This document shows positions 41,385-54,144 of a DNA stretch of 64,000 nucleotides, piece by piece. Every line of letters starts with the position of its first letter. Within the stretch, counting starts at the first letter, position 1. The stretch spans positions 32,840-96,839 of the forward strand of contig DASXSB010000054.1 of assembly GCA_036506275.1 (NCBI GenBank). Reading direction: 5' to 3'. Both the position numbers and the translations under genes were made by a program. The notes under the pieces are model-generated. The model saw only the letters and a program-made list of their open reading frames with translations. It had not been told where the DNA came from and did not search any database. The stretch comes from Candidatus Methylomirabilota bacterium. Lineage in GTDB: Bacteria; Methylomirabilota; Methylomirabilia; Rokubacteriales; CSP1-6.

Positions 41385-43064
<1,680 letters not shown>

Positions 43065-43068
<4 letters not shown>

Positions 43069-44270
43069 TGACGAACCGCGACCGCTTCGAGCCGCTGCTT
43101 TCCGTCCGCGCCCGCATCGACGTACCGATCTCGACCGTCCGGCCCGCCATGACGCCGCTGTACGAGTTCGGCGGTGGCCTGCCCGATCCCGCGTCGTTCC
43201 CGTACGACGGGATGGTGGAAGCGACCCGTCGCATGATGCAGGTGGAGGGCGCGGCCGCCATGACGTACGGCGACCCGCAGGGCTACCGCGGGCTCCGCGA
43301 GCTGGTGTGCGAGAAGTACGAGCGGTTCGAGAAGCTGAAGGTCGAGCCCGAGAACATCGTGGTCGCCAACGGCTCCGGCCATGCCCTCTCGCTCGCCTTC
43401 AGCGCCTTCGTCGATCCCGGCGATCCCGTAATCTCGGAGGCGCCCACGTTCTCGGGCTCGCTCAACACGATCCGCCGCCACGGCCCCGAGATCCTGGACG
43501 TCCCCGTGGACGGTGAAGGAATCGTCACCGACGCCGTGCGCGCGCGGCTCGAGACGCTGCGTCGCCAGGGGCGGCGCTGCAAGATGATCTACACGATCGT
43601 GAACTTCCAGAATCCGTCGGGCCCCACGCAATCGCGGCGCCGGCGGCAGGAGCTGGTCCGGCTCGCTCACGAGTACGAGACGCTGATCCTCGAGGACGAC
43701 GCCTACGGCGAGCTGCGCTTCGAGGGCGAAACGCTGCCGCCGCTCTACTCGCTCGACACCGATGGCCGTGTCATCCGGGCCGGTACGCTCTCGAAGATCC
43801 TTGGCGCCGGGGTTCGCCTCGGCTGGCTGTGCGCGCCGAAGGAGATGATCCCGGCCTTCCAGGGCTTCCTCTTCGGGGGCGGCGTGAACCCCTACATGTC
43901 GCGCGTGGCTACGTGGTTCATGCGAGACCACATGGTCAGCCACGTCAACCTCCTCATCGACGTCTATCGCGCGAAGCGCGACGCCATGCTGAAGGGGCTC
44001 GACGAGCTCCTCGCCGGCACCGACGCCGTCATCAGCCGCCCCGAAGGCGGGTTCTTCGTGTGGATCCGGTTGCCGTCCGGCACCGATCCCCGGCGCCTGG
44101 CCGACCTGGCCACGGAGGCGCGCGTCCAGTACACGCCCGGCTCGTCGTTCTTCCCGCACGGCGGCGGCGACGAGTTCATCCGGCTCGCGTTCAGCTACGA
44201 CTCGGCCGAGAAGTGCTACGAAGGCAGCCGGCTGATGGCGCGCGCGATCCTCGACGCCCGCGCGCGGTAG
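43065..44270 (+). CDS. PLP-dependent aminotransferase (class I/II).
   Basis: The ATG overlaps the glnS stop (ATGA). The PLP lysine region is recognisable (...[12 protein letters not shown]...). Confidence 0.85.
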
Positions 44271-44314
44271 CAGACGTTCGCGCGCGGACAGGCGTTTCAG
44301 GGGAGGCGGAGACG

Positions 44315-44776
44315 ATGACCACCGCCGCCCGCACGCCTCGCCTGCTGCCCCCCGTATATTTCCTCGCCTTCGTCGTCCTGATGCTGATCCTGGACGTCGT
44401 GGCGCCGCTGGCGGACGTCATCCCGAGGCCGCTCCGGCACGTCGGGACGATCCTGATCGTGGCCGGCGCGCTGCTTTCCCTGTCGGCGACGCTGCTGTTC
44501 AGACGCGCGCGGACGACGATCAAGCCCTTTCGTCAGTCGTCCGCGCTGGTGCGGGGTGGCCCGTATCGCGTGACACGCAACCCGATGTACCTCGGAATGG
44601 TCGTCGCGCTCATCGGCGTCGCCATCCGCCTCGGCGCCCTCACGCCGTTCGTGGTCGTGCCCGTCTTCGCGTGGATCATCCAGACGGCGTTCATCCAGGC
44701 GGAAGAGCGCCTGCTGGAGCAGACGTTCGGGGCGCAATACGCGCAGTACCGCGCGCGCGTGCGACGCTGGCTGTAG
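44315..44776 (+). CDS. Isoprenylcysteine carboxyl methyltransferase / phospholipid methyltransferase (ICMT/PEMT) family membrane protein.
   Basis: GGGGAGG RBS. Multiple TM helices. RNPMYLG ... EERLLEQTFG C-terminal motif. Confidence 0.8.
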   Translation: MTTAARTPRLLPPVYFLAFVVLMLILDVVAPLADVIPRPLRHVGTILIVAGALLSLSATLLFRRARTTIKPFRQSSALVRGGPYRVTRNPMYLGMVVALIGVAIRLGALTPFVVVPVFAWIIQTAFIQAEERLLEQTFGAQYAQYRARVRRWL

Positions 44777-44841
44777 GCCGATCAGGAGGCGATCAGGGCG
44801 TCCACGGCGTCGTCCCACGAGAACCGGGCGGCGCGCGCGTG

Positions 44842-46041
44842 CTACGCCGGCGGCCGCCCTCCGCCTTCCAGAAACCGCAGCGCCACCGCCGCGTGGAGGG
44901 CGATGCCGGTGGCGAGCGCGGACTCGTTCACGAGCATGCGATTGGAGTGATTCGGATAGGCGGGGCCCGTGTCGGGGCGCGTGCCGAGGAAGCTCATGGC
45001 GCCCGGCATGCGCTGGAGCACGTACGAAAAGTCTTCGGAGCCCATGAGCGGGTGGGGCATGTCGCGCACGCGCTCGGGGCCCAACAGCTCGGTGGCGGTC
45101 TCGAGCACGAACCCCGCGAATGCGTCGTCGTTCACGGTGACGGGATAGCCGCGCGTGATCTCCACCGTCGCCTGCGCGCCGTGCGCGGCCGCGACGCCCT
45201 CCGCCACCCGCCGCACGCCTTCGAGCATCCGCGTGCGCGTCTTCTCCGAGACCGTGCGCACGGTGCCGAGGAGCGAGGCCGTCTCCGGGATCACGTTGCG
45301 GGTGGTCCCCGCTTCCAGCTTGCCAATGGTGAGCACGGCGGGATCGAAGACGTCCACGCGGCGGGTGACGAGCGTCTGGAACGCCTGGATGATCTCGGCC
45401 GCGATCGGGATGGGATCGAGGCAGTCGTGCGGCGCGGAAGCGTGGCCGCCTTCGCCGCGCACGACGACGTGGATGGTGTCGCCGGACGCCATCGCCGGAC
45501 CGCGCCGGGTGGCGACGACGCCGGCGGCGTCGCGGTGCCCCACGTGGATCGCGAAGGCGCCGTCGGGCGTGCCTCCGTCGAGCAACCCGTCTTCGAGCAT
45601 CACCCGCGCGCCGTGATACCCCTCCTCTCCCGGCTGGAACATGAACACGACGCGGCCCGCAATGCTCGAGCGGCGAGCCACCAGCAACCGCGCCGCGCCC
45701 ACCAGCATGGCGACGTGCGCGTCGTGACCGCACGCGTGCATCTTCCCCGGCACTTCCGAGGCGAATGGCAGCCCCGTGTCCTCGGGCATGGGGAGCGCGT
45801 CCATGTCCGCGCGCAACAGAATGGTGCGACCGGGCCGCGCGCCGTCGAGCACCCCGACCACCGACGTCGTTTGCGTTCCGGTGCGCGGGCGGAGCCCAAG
45901 TCCTTCGATCGCCTCCAGCACCGTCGACTGCGTGCGCGGGAGCGAGAGGCCGATCTCCGGATGGCGGTGGATGCGGCGCCGGAGCTCCACGGTGTCCTCG
46001 AGCAATCCTCTGGCGTCATCGACGAGGCTGGAAAGTTTCAC
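44842..46041 (-). CDS. M20 family amidohydrolase (hippurate hydrolase / N-acyl-amino-acid amidohydrolase-like).
   Basis: MHACGHDAH metal-binding motif. GTG start. Confidence 0.85.
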   Translation of the reverse strand: MKLSSLVDDARGLLEDTVELRRRIHRHPEIGLSLPRTQSTVLEAIEGLGLRPRTGTQTTSVVGVLDGARPGRTILLRADMDALPMPEDTGLPFASEVPGKMHACGHDAHVAMLVGAARLLVARRSSIAGRVVFMFQPGEEGYHGARVMLEDGLLDGGTPDGAFAIHVGHRDAAGVVATRRGPAMASGDTIHVVVRGEGGHASAPHDCLDPIPIAAEIIQAFQTLVTRRVDVFDPAVLTIGKLEAGTTRNVIPETASLLGTVRTVSEKTRTRMLEGVRRVAEGVAAAHGAQATVEITRGYPVTVNDDAFAGFVLETATELLGPERVRDMPHPLMGSEDFSYVLQRMPGAMSFLGTRPDTGPAYPNHSNRMLVNESALATGIALHAAVALRFLEGGGRPPA

Positions 46042-46278
46042 GGGCGGCGCCCCCTTTCTCGACCGCGATTATAGCGGCTGCGCGCAACGCTGCGGAATCG
46101 TCTGCACAGGCGCCGCTGTAAAAGCGACATGACGGCGTCCGGTCACGGCGAAACGGTTTCATAGGACGAAAGGACGACGGTTGTCTTCGCGATGCGGTGA
46201 TACGTTGTCGGTTCCCAGTCACACGTTGGCGTGCAGTGAACTTCAGTGGCGGTCGTGGTCCGCGGTGGAGTGAAGCCT

Positions 46279-46962
46279 ATGAGCACATTTCGGATCCCGC
46301 TCTGTGTCGCTTTCGCGGTTTTCGTCGCTCTCGTCACGCACGCGACTTTCCTCGCGGCCACGGTGGAGGCCCGCACGATCCAGATCACGAGCGGCGTCTT
46401 TTCCGCCTTCGGCTCGTTCGGTGGCGCCTCCGGCAACTTCGCGGGTGACGGTTTCTCCTTCTCGGGTGTCGGTCTCACCGGAGGTGGCGTCAATCCGAAT
46501 TGCTTTCCCTGTCACCCCGGTGACGTCCTCTTCCTGCGCACGACCTACAGTGGTAGCGACCTCCCCGGCTCCGGAGTCATCGACGGCGTGCCACGAAGCT
46601 TCGGTATGCTGTTGCCGTTTCTCGCCAGCCTGGTCGTCGAGTTCAACGGCAGCCTCATCGTGCCGCCCCCGCCGCCATCGAGCGCCGACGTCGGGCTGGA
46701 CGCCCCGTTCACATTCACGGGACTCGTGAGCTCCCTGACTCCCGGCGAGAACCTCGACCTCGTGGGCGGCGGAAACGCCCATGTCGTTCTCACGCCGATC
46801 ACCACCGGCGCTCTGTTCATGTGGAACGTCCGTCAAACGGACTTCACGTTCTCGCCCGTGCCCGAGCCGGGGACGCTCGCGTTCGTGACGGGCGGCGTGC
46901 TCGTGGGCATCGCGCGCGCCGTCAGGGGACGGCGCGCCGACTGGAAATCAGATAGCCGGTGA
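46279..46962 (+). CDS. Hypothetical secreted protein with a C-terminal PEP-CTERM sorting signal.
   Basis: Internal ATG gives the signal peptide MSTFRIPLCVAFAVFVALVTHA. C-terminal PVPEPGTLAFVTGGVLVGIARAVRGRR. Confidence 0.7.
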   Translation: MSTFRIPLCVAFAVFVALVTHATFLAATVEARTIQITSGVFSAFGSFGGASGNFAGDGFSFSGVGLTGGGVNPNCFPCHPGDVLFLRTTYSGSDLPGSGVIDGVPRSFGMLLPFLASLVVEFNGSLIVPPPPPSSADVGLDAPFTFTGLVSSLTPGENLDLVGGGNAHVVLTPITTGALFMWNVRQTDFTFSPVPEPGTLAFVTGGVLVGIARAVRGRRADWKSDSR

Positions 46963-47953
46963 GCGCGAGCACCGGGAGGGCGAGGCCGACGAGCGCCCAC
47001 GCGAGACGGGACGGCCAGCCCCCGAAGTCACCGTAGTGGAGCCGTCGCAGGAGCTCGCGCGCGGAGATGGGCGCGGAGGCCGCGCGTACGGCCACGATGG
47101 TGCCGGCGGCATCGACGACGACGTCGCCCTCGGTCTTCTCGACGCGGACGGTGCCGTCCGGCTCGGCGACGAGCGCCCGTACCGCGCCGGGTGAGGCGAG
47201 GCGCGCGCGCTCCGCGATCACGTCGAGCGCGAGGCGCCGGCCGAGCGACGGCGGCGCGTCGTCATCACCGGGTGGAGTGAAGGCGTTCGCGAGAGCGAGC
47301 GCGATGCCGGTGAGGGTGACGATCAACCCGACGGCGAGCGATGCGCCGCCCACGATGCGGTGGAAGGTGCGGCTGCGGGCGCCGTGTCGCCGCGCCCCGA
47401 GCGTGAGCGGCCGCCGTCGGGCGGCGGGCCAGCAGAGCCAGAGTCCGCTCACGCTCTCGATCACGAGCCAGGCTCCCACGAGCGCCACCACCACCGCACC
47501 CGCGCGGCCGGCATGAAAGCCGGCGTGCAGGGAATGGACCGCGAGCAGCAACGAGCGCTCCGCGGCCCGGCCACCGATGACGTGAAGACGCGCGGGATCC
47601 ACGCCGACGACCACGTGCTGTCGTTGCGCGAGCAGCTCGACGCGGTAGGGCTGCGCGCGATGGGCGGGGAGTCGCACGGCGTGGACCTCGGCGCCGGGAT
47701 AGCGCAGCCGCGCCACCGCCACCACGCGATCGAGTGACGCCGACGCCGCTTCTCCGCCGACGGCGGAGGCCGGCGGCTGCCCGATGGCGTCGAGCTCGCC
47801 CCTGAACACCAGGACCATGCCCGAGAGCCCGAGCACGAGCACGAGAGGGCCGGTGACGAGACCGCCCCAGAGATGGAAACGCGCTGCGAGGCGGCGAAGG
47901 CTGGCGATGGCGCGCAATCGGCGCGTGGTCGGAGCGGGCGCCTCGGGCAGCAT
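46922..47953 (-). CDS. PepSY-associated TM helix domain protein.
   Basis: Several TM helices with the PepSY_TM pattern (FHLWGGLVTGPLVLVLGLSG ...). Its 3' end overlaps the preceding gene by 41 bp. Confidence 0.8.
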   Translation of the reverse strand: MLPEAPAPTTRRLRAIASLRRLAARFHLWGGLVTGPLVLVLGLSGMVLVFRGELDAIGQPPASAVGGEAASASLDRVVAVARLRYPGAEVHAVRLPAHRAQPYRVELLAQRQHVVVGVDPARLHVIGGRAAERSLLLAVHSLHAGFHAGRAGAVVVALVGAWLVIESVSGLWLCWPAARRRPLTLGARRHGARSRTFHRIVGGASLAVGLIVTLTGIALALANAFTPPGDDDAPPSLGRRLALDVIAERARLASPGAVRALVAEPDGTVRVEKTEGDVVVDAAGTIVAVRAASAPISARELLRRLHYGDFGGWPSRLAWALVGLALPVLALTGYLISSRRAVP

Positions 47954-48059
47954 GAGATCTCCGAGTGTAAGGCGGTTTCCGGGAGCTCGGGTCCTGTGTA
48001 AGGGCTACACTCCGGCCCCGTACCCTTCGTGTACACGTGTCCGGCGGCAAGAAATAAGC

Positions 48060-51000
48060 ATGAACCGTCGCGCTCTCGTCTGGCTGGCCTCGGTGTTCGT
48101 GCTGTGCATCGTGCTGGTCGCGCTGGCGATTCCCGCGCTGCCGCAAATCCTGAGAATCATCGCCATCAACCGGATTCAGGCGGCGACCGGGCGGGCGACG
48201 TCGATCGACGCCGTCGCGCTCGATCTGCGCTCGGGCCGGCTTCTCGTCACCGGCCTGAAGCTCGCCGACCGCGATGGGAGCCCGCTCGGATCCATCCAGC
48301 GCTTCGAGGCGCGCGTGCGACTGCGCGAGCTGCTTCGCGGCCACCTCCACATCCGCGATCTCACCATCACCGACTCCACCGTCCACGTGGTGCGCTTCAG
48401 TCACGACGAGTTCAACATCTCGGACCTCATCAAGCGCCAGGGCGGTGACCGGCGTCCCCTCGCCGTCACCGTCGATCGGTTCGCGCTTGCCCGCGGAACC
48501 GTCCTCCTCGAGGACCGTAGTATTTCGCCGTGGCGCGTGTGGAAGTCGGAAGACGTCACCATCGACGCACGCAACGTCTCCACGCGGCGGGACGACGGCG
48601 AAGCCAACGGATCGACCACCGTGAACGGCTCTCCGATCACCGTCCGCGTCGAACACCTCCGGCTGGCCCCCGTGCACCTCAACGCCGTCGTCCGCGCCCA
48701 GCGCGTGGACATGTCCCTGGCGCGCGTCTACCTGCCGCCCGACACGCCGGTCATCCTCGACCGCGGTCAGCTCGACACCACGATCACGGCCGTTGTCGAT
48801 GCGCGCGATGGCCTCCGCGTGGACGTCGACGGCCAGATCGCGGATGCCGTCGTCATCAGGCGCTTCCAGAAGGATCCCGTGGTGACCGCGCCCCTCCTCC
48901 GCGTGGCCGTTCGCGAGTTCACGGTGGGCGCCAACGGCGAGCTTCGCGTGGGACGCGTGGAGCTGGGCGGCGCCACCACGCTCATCAATGCGGACGCCAC
49001 GCCCCCCGCCCGCTTCGAGCTCGCGCGACTCTCCGTGCGCGCGGAAAAGCTGGCGTGGCCGGTGCGCGAGCCGGCGTGGCTCGAGGTGGCGTCGGCGGTG
49101 CCGGGCGGCGGCGAGCTCACCATGCGCGGGCGCGTCAACGTGAAGCCCGTGTCGGCGCAGCTCGACGTCCGTCTCACCCGCGTCAACCTGAGCCCGTGGG
49201 CGCACTACGCCGCGCCCGGTCTATCGATCAAGGGCACCGGCGAGGCCGCGGTTTCCGTCGACCTCGCGCTCCAGCCGCGCCTCACTGCCGTCGGAAAGGG
49301 AACCGCGCAGGTGACGGGAGTCGCCGTCGCCGACGGTGATCGTCGCCTTCTCGATCTCGACCGCGCCGAAGTGGCCGGGCTCGACGTCCAGTGGCCGTCG
49401 CGGGTGACGGTCGGCCGCGTCACGCTGCGAGGTCCGGTGGCGCTCGTGGAGCGCGACGCCAGCGGAGCGCTCGTGCTGCCCACGCTCACGGGGGAGAAGC
49501 ACCCGACGGCGAAGCGCGGCGCGACGAAGGGCGCCGGCGACGAGGAGGCCGACGCCCCTCCGCCAGCCCCGCCGCCGTCGATCACGGTCGCGGTCGGCGA
49601 GGTCGCCGTCGAACGCGGCGCTCTGCGCTGGCGCGACGCCAGCGTGAAGCCGAACACCGACCTGCGCGTGGCGGACGTGCGCCTGCTCGTGAAGGACGTG
49701 GCGTGGCCGCTGAAGCACGCCGTGCCCGTCGATCTGCGCTTCACGGCACCGGCCGGTGGAACGGTGGCCGTGAAGGGCGACGTGGGCATCGATCCCATGG
49801 CGGCCGACGTCCAGGTCACCGCCCGCGGCGTGGCGGTGGGCCCGTACCGCGCGTACCTCCCGGGCGCGTTGCCCGTGCGCGGCCGCGCCGACGCGACCGT
49901 CGCCGCCACCATCGACCGCACGACCGCGCTGCAGGCGCGCGTGCGTGGCGATGCCGCGCTCACCGGCCTCTTTCTTTCCGACGCCCGTCGGAAGATCGTG
50001 ACCGTCGAGCGGGCGGAGGCGCGTGGGCTCGACGTAGAGTGGCCGGGGCGCATCAGCGCGGACCGGGTGACGCTGCGGCAGCCGTGGGTGCTCGTCGAGC
50101 GCGACGAGAAGGGCGGCTTCCCGCTCCTGGCGACGCTCCGCGAGGCGGGCGCAAAGTCCGACGCGGTGGCGACGGCGACGCCGGGTCCCGGATCCGGCAC
50201 GGAGGCGGCGCTGCCCCGAGAGGCGGCGCTGGGCGCCGCTCCGGTGCCGGCGGAGAGCGCGCGAGGCACTGGCGCCGACGGACCCACCCGCGCCCTCGGG
50301 GACGGGAATGGGCGTCCCGCGCTCGCGGTGGCGGTGCGCGAGTTCGCCATCCAGGACGGAGGCGCGCGCGTGATCGATCGCACGCTCACGCCCGTGTACA
50401 CGGACGACCTCTCGCGTCTCTGGCTGCGCGTCCGCGGATTCTCCACCGCGCCCGCCGATCCCGCCCACGTCGATCTGCGCGCCACCCTCGGGCCCGCCGC
50501 GCCCGTGATCGTGCGCGGCACCGTGAGCGCGCTCGGCGCGCCCCTCGACGTGGACGTCACCGCCGAGCTGCGCGACCTTGCCGTCACGCGTCTCAACGCC
50601 TACCTCCGGCACTTCATCGGCTGGAACGCGAGCAACGGGCGCGTCTCCGCGCGCGTGAGCGGGCGCGTGCGCGGCGACGAGCTGGAGGCGGAGACGGCGG
50701 TTCAGCTCGGCCGACTGCAAGTCGTGCGGGGCGACCGCGACGATGCGGCGCAGCGACACCTTGGCTTGCCGCTCGGGGTCCTGGTCGGGCTCCTCAAGGA
50801 CCGGCGCGGCAACATCAACGTGTCACTGCCGGTGGGCGGCCGCCTCAGCGATCCGCGCTTCGACTTCAAGGACGCCATGTGGAGCGCCGGGCGCGCGGTG
50901 GCCGTGAAGACGATCGCGCTCCCCGTGAGCTGGATCGGCCGGCTCCGCTTCAGCGCGGATTCCAAGGTGCAGGACGTGGAGATCGACCCCGTCGGCTTCG

Positions 51001-51560
51001 AGGCGGGGACGGCGACGCCGACCGCGGAGGGAACCGCACGTCTCCAGCGCGTGGCCGGCTTCATGGACAGCCTGCCCGACGTGCGGATGGTCGTGACGCC
51101 GGTGGTGAGCCTGGGAGACATCGAGAAGCTGAAGACGGACGCGATCGCGGCCCGCATCAAGACCGCGGTCACCGAGAGCCGGGTGACGGAGCTCGAAGCG
51201 GCGCAGCGCCTCTTCGTCCAGCAGTTCCCCCGGCAGGATCCGCCCGTGAGCCTGGGCGCGCTGATCTCGGCGCTGCGGGAGGTGGAGCCGCCGCCCGCGC
51301 GCGAGGCGGCCGCGCTCGCCCGGCAGCGCGCCGACGCCGTCCGCGATACGTTGAAGAAAGCGGGCATCGATCCCGCGCGCATTACGCCCAGTCGCGACGC
51401 CGGCGCTCTCGAGAGCTTCGACGCCGGTCAGGTCGAGTTCGAGCTCACCGACCAGCTCAAGCCGCGCCGGAGCCTGCTCGAGATGCTGAAGGCTCTCCTC
51501 GAATCGCTCCAGCGCAAGCTCGAGGCCTCGCGCCCGGCCTCCGTCGCGGCGGAGCGCTGA
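48060..51560 (+). CDS. AsmA-family / DUF748 large envelope protein (1166 aa).
   Basis: N-terminal TM anchor (MNRRALVWLASVFVLCIVLVALA) followed by a long beta-rich repetitive region. Typical size and organisation for AsmA/DUF748. Confidence 0.8.
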   Translation: MNRRALVWLASVFVLCIVLVALAIPALPQILRIIAINRIQAATGRATSIDAVALDLRSGRLLVTGLKLADRDGSPLGSIQRFEARVRLRELLRGHLHIRDLTITDSTVHVVRFSHDEFNISDLIKRQGGDRRPLAVTVDRFALARGTVLLEDRSISPWRVWKSEDVTIDARNVSTRRDDGEANGSTTVNGSPITVRVEHLRLAPVHLNAVVRAQRVDMSLARVYLPPDTPVILDRGQLDTTITAVVDARDGLRVDVDGQIADAVVIRRFQKDPVVTAPLLRVAVREFTVGANGELRVGRVELGGATTLINADATPPARFELARLSVRAEKLAWPVREPAWLEVASAVPGGGELTMRGRVNVKPVSAQLDVRLTRVNLSPWAHYAAPGLSIKGTGEAAVSVDLALQPRLTAVGKGTAQVTGVAVADGDRRLLDLDRAEVAGLDVQWPSRVTVGRVTLRGPVALVERDASGALVLPTLTGEKHPTAKRGATKGAGDEEADAPPPAPPPSITVAVGEVAVERGALRWRDASVKPNTDLRVADVRLLVKDVAWPLKHAVPVDLRFTAPAGGTVAVKGDVGIDPMAADVQVTARGVAVGPYRAYLPGALPVRGRADATVAATIDRTTALQARVRGDAALTGLFLSDARRKIVTVERAEARGLDVEWPGRISADRVTLRQPWVLVERDEKGGFPLLATLREAGAKSDAVATATPGPGSGTEAALPREAALGAAPVPAESARGTGADGPTRALGDGNGRPALAVAVREFAIQDGGARVIDRTLTPVYTDDLSRLWLRVRGFSTAPADPAHVDLRATLGPAAPVIVRGTVSALGAPLDVDVTAELRDLAVTRLNAYLRHFIGWNASNGRVSARVSGRVRGDELEAETAVQLGRLQVVRGDRDDAAQRHLGLPLGVLVGLLKDRRGNINVSLPVGGRLSDPRFDFKDAMWSAGRAVAVKTIALPVSWIGRLRFSADSKVQDVEIDPVGFEAGTATPTAEGTARLQRVAGFMDSLPDVRMVVTPVVSLGDIEKLKTDAIAARIKTAVTESRVTELEAAQRLFVQQFPRQDPPVSLGALISALREVEPPPAREAAALARQRADAVRDTLKKAGIDPARITPSRDAGALESFDAGQVEFELTDQLKPRRSLLEMLKALLESLQRKLEASRPASVAAER

Positions 51561-51581
51561 CGGAAGCCCGGCGCCCACGGC

Positions 51582-52553
51582 TCACGGGATCAGCACGAGC
51601 TTGCCCGTCGACTGTCGTGACTCGATATGCCGATGCGCCTCCGCCGCCTGCGCGAGCGGGAACGTCTTGCCGATGTGGAGTCGCAGCTTGCCTTCCCGCA
51701 TGAGCGCGAAGCACCGCGCCGCGCTCTCGCGGATCCGCTCCGGGAACTGCACGCTCATGGTGGGCAGCATGAAGCCGCTGACCTTCGTGGATTTCGGGAA
51801 CAGCGTGAAGAGATTCAGGGGCTCGGGCGCGCCGCCCGCTCGCCCGTAGAGGATGAGCTGGCCGAAGGGGGCGAGGCAGCGGACCCCGTCTTCGAAAGTC
51901 GGCTTCCCCACCGCGTCCAGGATCAGATCGACGCCGCGGCCATCGGTGAGCCGCAGGGCCTCGTCCGCGAAGTTCGTCTTCTCGTAGTTGATGATCGTGT
52001 CGGCGCCGCTCCTCTTGACGAGATCGGCCTTGGCGTCGCTCGACACGGTGGCGAAGACGCGCGCCCCCGCCAGCTTCGCGAGCTGCACGGCGACGAGCCC
52101 GACGCCGCCGGCGGCGGAGTGGATCACCACGCTCGTCCCCGCGCTCGTGGTGGCGGCGGTGTGCAGCAGGTGATAGGCGGTCAGGACCTGGATGGGAAAG
52201 GCCGCTCCCTGCACGAAGTCGACGGCATCGGGGAGCGGGATGACCTGGGCGGCGTGCGCGAGGCAATACTCCGCGTAGGCGCGACTCACGAACCCCGCCA
52301 CGCGCGCGCCGGGCGCGAGGTTCGTCACGCCCTCGCCCACGGCCTCGATCACGCCTGCCGCCTCCAATCCCGGCGTGTCCGGGAGCTTCGGCTGGATCGC
52401 GTACGTGCCCTGGCGGAACAGCGTGTCCGCGAAGTTCACGCCGACGGCGTGCGTGCGCAGCAGCACCATTCCCGGCCGCACGGCCGGCTTCGGCGCGTCG
52501 GCCACGGTGAGCACCTCGGGACCTCCGAGCTCGGAGAAGACGATCGCTTTCAT
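51582..52553 (-). CDS. NADPH:quinone oxidoreductase (zinc-type ADH/MDR superfamily, Qor-like).
   Basis: GGGAGG RBS. AAGGVGLVAVQLAK nucleotide-binding motif. Confidence 0.9.
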   Translation of the reverse strand: MKAIVFSELGGPEVLTVADAPKPAVRPGMVLLRTHAVGVNFADTLFRQGTYAIQPKLPDTPGLEAAGVIEAVGEGVTNLAPGARVAGFVSRAYAEYCLAHAAQVIPLPDAVDFVQGAAFPIQVLTAYHLLHTAATTSAGTSVVIHSAAGGVGLVAVQLAKLAGARVFATVSSDAKADLVKRSGADTIINYEKTNFADEALRLTDGRGVDLILDAVGKPTFEDGVRCLAPFGQLILYGRAGGAPEPLNLFTLFPKSTKVSGFMLPTMSVQFPERIRESAARCFALMREGKLRLHIGKTFPLAQAAEAHRHIESRQSTGKLVLIP

Positions 52554-52628
52554 GGGAAGGCCTCCCGCCCGCCTTATATCACCGCCTCCCCGCCCGCGCG
52601 AGGGGACGACGGCGCGGGTGGATCGGCG

Positions 52629-54035
52629 TCAGGGCGCGTTGCCGAGCGTCTTCACCTCGAGCAAGGACGGCTCGATCCGCGTGGCGGCGCGGCCGAGCGG
52701 GACCGCGCGCGCTCGCACCTCCGTCGTCGTCACCCGGAGGTCGCTGGCGCTGATGCCGGCGTGGCCGTTGGGCGTCCACATCGCGGAAAGGAAATCGAAG
52801 CGGCCCGTCCCGAAGCTCTCGGTGTCGCCCACGAGCCGGTAGCGGCCGTCCGCCCACGGGATCGCCGTCCGGAACTCGTCGTTGCGGGATCCGGTGATCA
52901 TCGTGCTCGCCTTCACGTTTCCGGCCTCGTCCAGCAGCATGGCCACCGCGTCGGCGGGCGCCCCCGCGTCCGCCATGCGACCGACGATCACGACGTCGCG
53001 GTAGTGTCCCCGCACGGCGCGGCTCACCACGGCCGCCTTCGGCCACGCGTAGCGCCGAGACCACACGGGCTTGCCTTCGGTGCCGAGCTTCATCGCGAAC
53101 ACGTGCTGTCCGCTCTGCCCCCGCGCGGCGCCGGCGAGAATCAGCTCGCGTCCCTTCCCCGCCACGATGGGGACGACCTCGAGCTTCGCGGCCGCGCTGT
53201 GATACTGCCGCGCCCGCCGCACGGCACCGTTGGCGCCGAGGGTGAGCACGATGGCGTCCACGGCTTCCTTGCCGTCGCGGCTCCCGGTGGAACCGGCGAC
53301 GACGATCTCGCCATTCTCGCGGGCGACGACGTCGACGCCCCACGCCGGCGTCTCCGTGACGTAGGCGTGGGCCCACACGATCTGGCCGGCGTCGGAGATC
53401 TTCACCGCGGCCAGACGCGGAACGTCGGCGATGTCGGCGTAGCCGACGAAGACGTGACCGCCGGTCACCGCCACCCCGCGGTACAGCTCGTGCACGCCGC
53501 CGGGATCGAGCGTCTCGGCCCAGCTCGGCTGTCCCCCGCCGTCGATCTTGAGGATGAGAGGCCGCGGGGGGCGGCTCGGGGGCATCGGCTTCAGCGACGC
53601 CGTGAACCGGCTCTCGCTCGTGCCCACGAGGAGGTACCCGCCGTCCTCGGTGCGCACGGCGGTGCGTAGCATGTTCCGGTGCATCCCGCCGTAGGTCTTC
53701 GCCCAGCGCATGGTGCCGTCGAGCGCTTCCGCAACGGCAAGGAAATCCATCGAGCTGCCCGCGCCGCCCATCGTGAAGCCGAAGAGCGCGCAGCCGTCGC
53801 CGTCGCAGAGGATGTCGCGCACCCAGTCGTTGCCGTCGCCACCGATCAGATAGGCGTCCGTGAGGTCGGCGACGCCGAGGGCGGCCGTGATGTCCTGCGT
53901 GCGGGGCGCGGTGACGACGCGCGACGGCGACGTCGCGCAGCCGGTCGTCAGCACGGCGGCGATGATCCACGCGCTTCCGACGAAGCGGTGGCGGGAACGG
54001 GGCGTCGTGGCAGCCGGGCGGTTGCGCCAGAGCAA
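52629..54035 (-). CDS. Hypothetical lipoprotein with a repetitive beta-propeller-like architecture.
   Basis: Lipobox AAVLTTGC. Repeated Gly/Asp-rich ~50-aa units. TTG start. Confidence 0.6.
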   Translation of the reverse strand: MLWRNRPAATTPRSRHRFVGSAWIIAAVLTTGCATSPSRVVTAPRTQDITAALGVADLTDAYLIGGDGNDWVRDILCDGDGCALFGFTMGGAGSSMDFLAVAEALDGTMRWAKTYGGMHRNMLRTAVRTEDGGYLLVGTSESRFTASLKPMPPSRPPRPLILKIDGGGQPSWAETLDPGGVHELYRGVAVTGGHVFVGYADIADVPRLAAVKISDAGQIVWAHAYVTETPAWGVDVVARENGEIVVAGSTGSRDGKEAVDAIVLTLGANGAVRRARQYHSAAAKLEVVPIVAGKGRELILAGAARGQSGQHVFAMKLGTEGKPVWSRRYAWPKAAVVSRAVRGHYRDVVIVGRMADAGAPADAVAMLLDEAGNVKASTMITGSRNDEFRTAIPWADGRYRLVGDTESFGTGRFDFLSAMWTPNGHAGISASDLRVTTTEVRARAVPLGRAATRIEPSLLEVKTLGNAP

Positions 54036-54144
54036 CTACGAACGAGTCTAGGAGGCCGGCCCCGCGACTGTCAAAAAACGGGGGCGCGCGGGGTACACTC
54101 AGGACCCCGGGGCGGCGCCGGACATCATGTAGGAGGCACGCGCG

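Noticed and set aside
47265-51703. ORFs 47265-49205, 49221-50759 and 49391-51703 overlapping the AsmA-family gene.
   Set aside because: They are alternative frames or antisense to the 1166-aa DUF748/AsmA protein, which has a TM anchor and a coherent beta-rich sequence.
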